From Flectonema sp. DT1601 (lineage: Eukaryota), in contig OZ025796.1 in NCBI GenBank assembly GCA_964019425.1, positions 496,001 to 560,000 of the forward strand: a stretch of DNA of 64,000 nt. Reading direction: 5' to 3'. A model generated the notes under the pieces. The model worked only from the letters and a program-made list of their open reading frames with translations. It was not told the DNA's origin and did not search any database. Positions 60,960-64,000 of the stretch are shown here, piece after piece. Both the position numbers and the translations under genes were made by a program. Numbering within the stretch: the stretch's first letter is position 1; every line of letters begins with the position of its first letter.

Positions 60960-62990
60960 ATGGCATCACCATTTCACAAAGGTGAGAAAATGATACAATC
61001 AATGCTTGGAGTAAGGGAACAGATGGAGATGTTTGGAGGATGTAGATTTAGAGATTACATGCCTAATCAACATCGTGACTTTTATGGGAAATTACCATAC
61101 ATGTTTGCTGCTCATGCGGATGAGGACGGCTGGCCTTGGGCAAGCATATTGTGTGGAAAGCCGGGATTTGTGAAGAGCGTAGACCCCAGAATATTAACCA
61201 TTAACGGAGGGTTGTTAAAGGGTGATCCTTTACGAAAAGTCTTTTCGAAGCCGGGAGAGAGAATCGGTTTTCTTGGAATAGAACTTCCAACCAGAAGACG
61301 TAACAGAGTATCAATGGAAGTAGTTGAAGCGAAGGATAATAAAACAACGTTAGCTGTTAAACAGGCATTTGGTAATTGTCCTCAATACATTCAAAGTAGA
61401 GCTCATCATAGTGTCACTCTTCCACCTGATCATTTACAAACTGTTGAGGAAGTTGTTAACTTAAGTGAAAGAGAAAAAAACCTAATTAGATTAGCCGATA
61501 CATTTTTTGTTGCTTCATATCTTAACGATCCAACTCAGGGCCCTAACGCTACTCAGGGTGCTGATATTTCTCATCGAGGAGGAAGGCCTGGTTTTGTTTC
61601 AGTTTCTGGTAACACATTAACCATCCCAGACTACTCTGGTAATGGTCAGTTTAATACTTTCGGAAATATTATATTAAATAAGAAAGCTGGTCTCTTATTC
61701 ATTGATTTCGAAAAAGGTGACATTCTCACTTTGACAGGTACCGCGGAGATTCTTTTTGATGAAACACAACACTTTCCTGGAGCTGAGAGGATATGGAAAT
61801 TCACTCTTCACCAGGGTTGGTATTGCAAGAGTGTTCTTCCGCTGAGGTTTTCATTCCAAGACATGTCGAGGGAAGCTGAAGAGACTGGAACCTGGAGGGA
61901 AGCTTTAGAGATCAAAAGGCAGAACGAACAAGCTTGGATACCCCACAAGGTCACAAAGATGGTCTCTGAATCAGAAACAGTAAAATCAGTGTACCTTTCT
62001 ATACCTGAACATCTCAAGGGAAGTTTATTGGATTTTAGTGCTGGAAAGTTTTTAACTCTCCGTGCGAAAATTCCAGGTCACGGAACTGTCACGAGAACAT
62101 ACACCATTTCATCGTCATTTGCTGATAGTCATTTTCGTATCTCAGTAAAGAAAGAAGAAAACGGACTATTTTCTAACTGGATTCACAAAAAACTCGAACC
62201 TCACACCGTAATCGACTGCAAGAAACCAGCAGGTGCATTCTTCCTAAAGAGAAACGTGAATCGTGAGAACAGAGAAGTATTATTATTTGCTGGAGGAATT
62301 GGTATCACTCCCATGATCTCAATCATACGTCAACAGGTTGCTTGTATTTTGTATGAAATGAAATCCAAAGCGTCACATGGAAAGATAACTTTACTCTATT
62401 CTTCAAGAGATGAAACCTTTTTGAAGGAATTACGAGAACTCGAAAAACAATCAAACGGCATCATTAGAATTGTTTTATTCAACACCAGCAGCGGAAACCG
62501 AATTACTTCAAAATCAATTAAGAAATACATTAGTGGCGATGTGAATAAAATTGAGGGGTATATCTGTGGTCCAACGGGATTCATGCAAGCTATGTATTTA
62601 GAATTACGAAAGCTTGACATCCCCGATGAGAGGATTTTTGACGAAGGGTTTGGTCCAGCGTCAATAAAAAGAGATTCTGATCCGGTGCCTGTTCCTGTTG
62701 CTTCAGCTGCGTTGGTTCAGTTCTCAACATCTGACACAGAACATCAGTGGAATAGTAACGGAACTGGGATGACTTTATTAGAGTTAGCAGAATCACGTGG
62801 ATTGTCACCTAACTCTGGTTGTCGTTCTGGTAAATGTGGTTCCTGTAAGTACAGATTGGAATCGGGTGTTGTTTCTTATAGAACGAAACCTTTAATCGAC
62901 CTCGAAGATTCTGATGTCTTACTTTGCTGCGCAGCACCTGCTGCTGTCAAAGGAGAATCACTTCCGAAAGTTATCATCGGAGGATTGTAA
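60960..62990 (+). CDS. Bacterial-type oxidoreductase: tandem PNPOx-like FMN-binding domains, an FNR-type FAD/NAD(P) reductase and a C-terminal 2Fe-2S ferredoxin; 676 aa, intronless
   Basis: SPFHKGE, TRRRNR, FGNCPQYIQ, ADTFFVAS, DISHRGGRPGFV, PDYSGN..FNTFGN, then RTYTISS, GLFS, AGGIGITP and YICGP..FM, then CRSGKCGSC...LLCCA. Confidence 0.9.
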   Translation: MASPFHKGEKMIQSMLGVREQMEMFGGCRFRDYMPNQHRDFYGKLPYMFAAHADEDGWPWASILCGKPGFVKSVDPRILTINGGLLKGDPLRKVFSKPGERIGFLGIELPTRRRNRVSMEVVEAKDNKTTLAVKQAFGNCPQYIQSRAHHSVTLPPDHLQTVEEVVNLSEREKNLIRLADTFFVASYLNDPTQGPNATQGADISHRGGRPGFVSVSGNTLTIPDYSGNGQFNTFGNIILNKKAGLLFIDFEKGDILTLTGTAEILFDETQHFPGAERIWKFTLHQGWYCKSVLPLRFSFQDMSREAEETGTWREALEIKRQNEQAWIPHKVTKMVSESETVKSVYLSIPEHLKGSLLDFSAGKFLTLRAKIPGHGTVTRTYTISSSFADSHFRISVKKEENGLFSNWIHKKLEPHTVIDCKKPAGAFFLKRNVNRENREVLLFAGGIGITPMISIIRQQVACILYEMKSKASHGKITLLYSSRDETFLKELRELEKQSNGIIRIVLFNTSSGNRITSKSIKKYISGDVNKIEGYICGPTGFMQAMYLELRKLDIPDERIFDEGFGPASIKRDSDPVPVPVASAALVQFSTSDTEHQWNSNGTGMTLLELAESRGLSPNSGCRSGKCGSCKYRLESGVVSYRTKPLIDLEDSDVLLCCAAPAAVKGESLPKVIIGGL

Positions 62991-64000
62991 TCATTTCAAT
63001 ACTTTCTTAGAAGTTGTGTTGAGTTACACATTGCGACTGTCAATTCTCTTTCTCTGAACGAAGCCTAGGGCTCACCTACAAGGGAGGATTTGCCAAGGGA
63101 TCCTCTCGCAATGCAGGCCCAGTAGGAAAATGATCATGAGAAGGGAAAAGTAAAAAAAAAAACCCGCATCCGATTTCTGGTTCCGTTATTTTATATTTTA
63201 TTGACGTGCATATCGAAGGCAGACCCTTATTTAGTTAAGTTCTCGCGCGCGCTGATTGCTGTTTTGTTTTCCAAATGTATAAAAAAAGAAGTAAAATTAA
63301 ATTAAAAGTCAGCAGTTAGTCAAAAGGAAGGAAGTTCCACACAAGTTATAAATTACAAACAAGGTCACTTCTATCTGTTTTAACGATTATTTGGTATGGG
63401 AACCATGCCTTCGCTGTTTAAATAAATTACATTGTTGGGAAATATTTGAAAAATTCTCTTTTCTTTCGTTTTATCTTTTCTTCTTACTGTTCTTTAAGAG
63501 TTCGAAGGTGATCCATGCAAACGTCACTTGCTTCTTTTCAAAAAAAAAAAAAAAATCCAGTCTGTTTTTGTCGCCAGGTAAGACCTGGGGATGTTAAACT
63601 CTACTTCCTCTCTATTTTACAATGTTTACAATTTAAGGAAAGTTGGTGGCGTGTTTCTGTGAGCAAGCTGCGAGAAGGTTCTCTCACAGCTATTACTAAC
63701 CTCTTCGAGATGTGAGGATGAGATACTTGCTTCGGCTGGATTTTCAAAAAGAGAATCCGATTGCAAGTCTCTATTCTCTTTGTCGTTGGGTTTTGTGAAG
63801 CAGACAACGCACCCCTTCACTGTTGATTTTCAAAAAGAGAATCGGTTTATTCCTTCTTTGTAAGAGCAGCTTCTTCGTCAAGCGAACCGTTCTTTTATTA
63901 TTCTCTCGTAGTATGCTGTGCTGATGAAGGGAATTACTTCCCTCTTTTTTTCTTCTTCTTGTTCCTTTTCCTGAACAAGCGTGTTTTATTAAATTCGCAG

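Noticed and set aside
652..63820. Minus-strand and nested ORFs in the ORF track
   Set aside because: They are antisense or alternate-frame shadows of real genes and show no recognisable motifs.
63739..63844. Repeated GATTTTCAAAAAGAGAATC and microsatellites elsewhere (TGT at ~15355, ATTTT at ~8115, AAC at ~55811)
   Set aside because: Short simple repeats are expected in this low-complexity genome and have no supporting structure.
1..64000. Non-standard genetic code or stop readthrough to explain broken ORFs
   Set aside because: Every break in host genes is resolved by a GT-AG intron, and TAA, TAG and TGA all serve as terminal stops.
1..64000. tRNA, rRNA or spliced-leader RNA genes
   Set aside because: None recognised by eye. 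tRNAscan-SE and Infernal would be needed to exclude them formally.

Overview
Eukaryotic, AT-rich nuclear DNA with long poly(A)/poly(T) tracts. All 14 protein-coding genes I can model lie on the + strand, and 17 short GT-AG introns can be placed by restoring reading frames. The unidirectional gene cluster, a PSP1-C protein with an HNPY motif, a RET2-like mitochondrial TUTase, an ingi-like retroposon relic and cis-introns together suggest a euglenozoan, most plausibly a diplonemid (inference). Genes in order: a >4,770-aa coiled-coil protein (RanBP2-like Zn finger, about 11 WKE repeats, MIB/HERC2, GAS2), a TauD-family dioxygenase, a LisH-like protein, a membrane pseudo-cyclase, a PSP1-C protein, PEX22, acylphosphatase, SPT16, a hypothetical protein, a TUTase, PI31, a USP36/42-like DUB, an LRR/coiled-coil protein with bacterial-adhesin-like repeats, and a bacterial-type PNPOx-FNR-2Fe2S oxidoreductase. 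Mobile or repeated DNA comprises a decayed non-LTR element with a 2A-like peptide, a 1.7-kb Mutator-like element with a perfect 9-bp TSD, and a ~160-bp tandem array whose units keep a hairpin fold despite sequence change. The best leads are the candidate mitochondrial U-addition enzyme, the two contrasting classes of 3' splice site, the structured tandem array and the spectraplakin-like giant protein. All domain calls come from motif recognition by eye; no searches were run.
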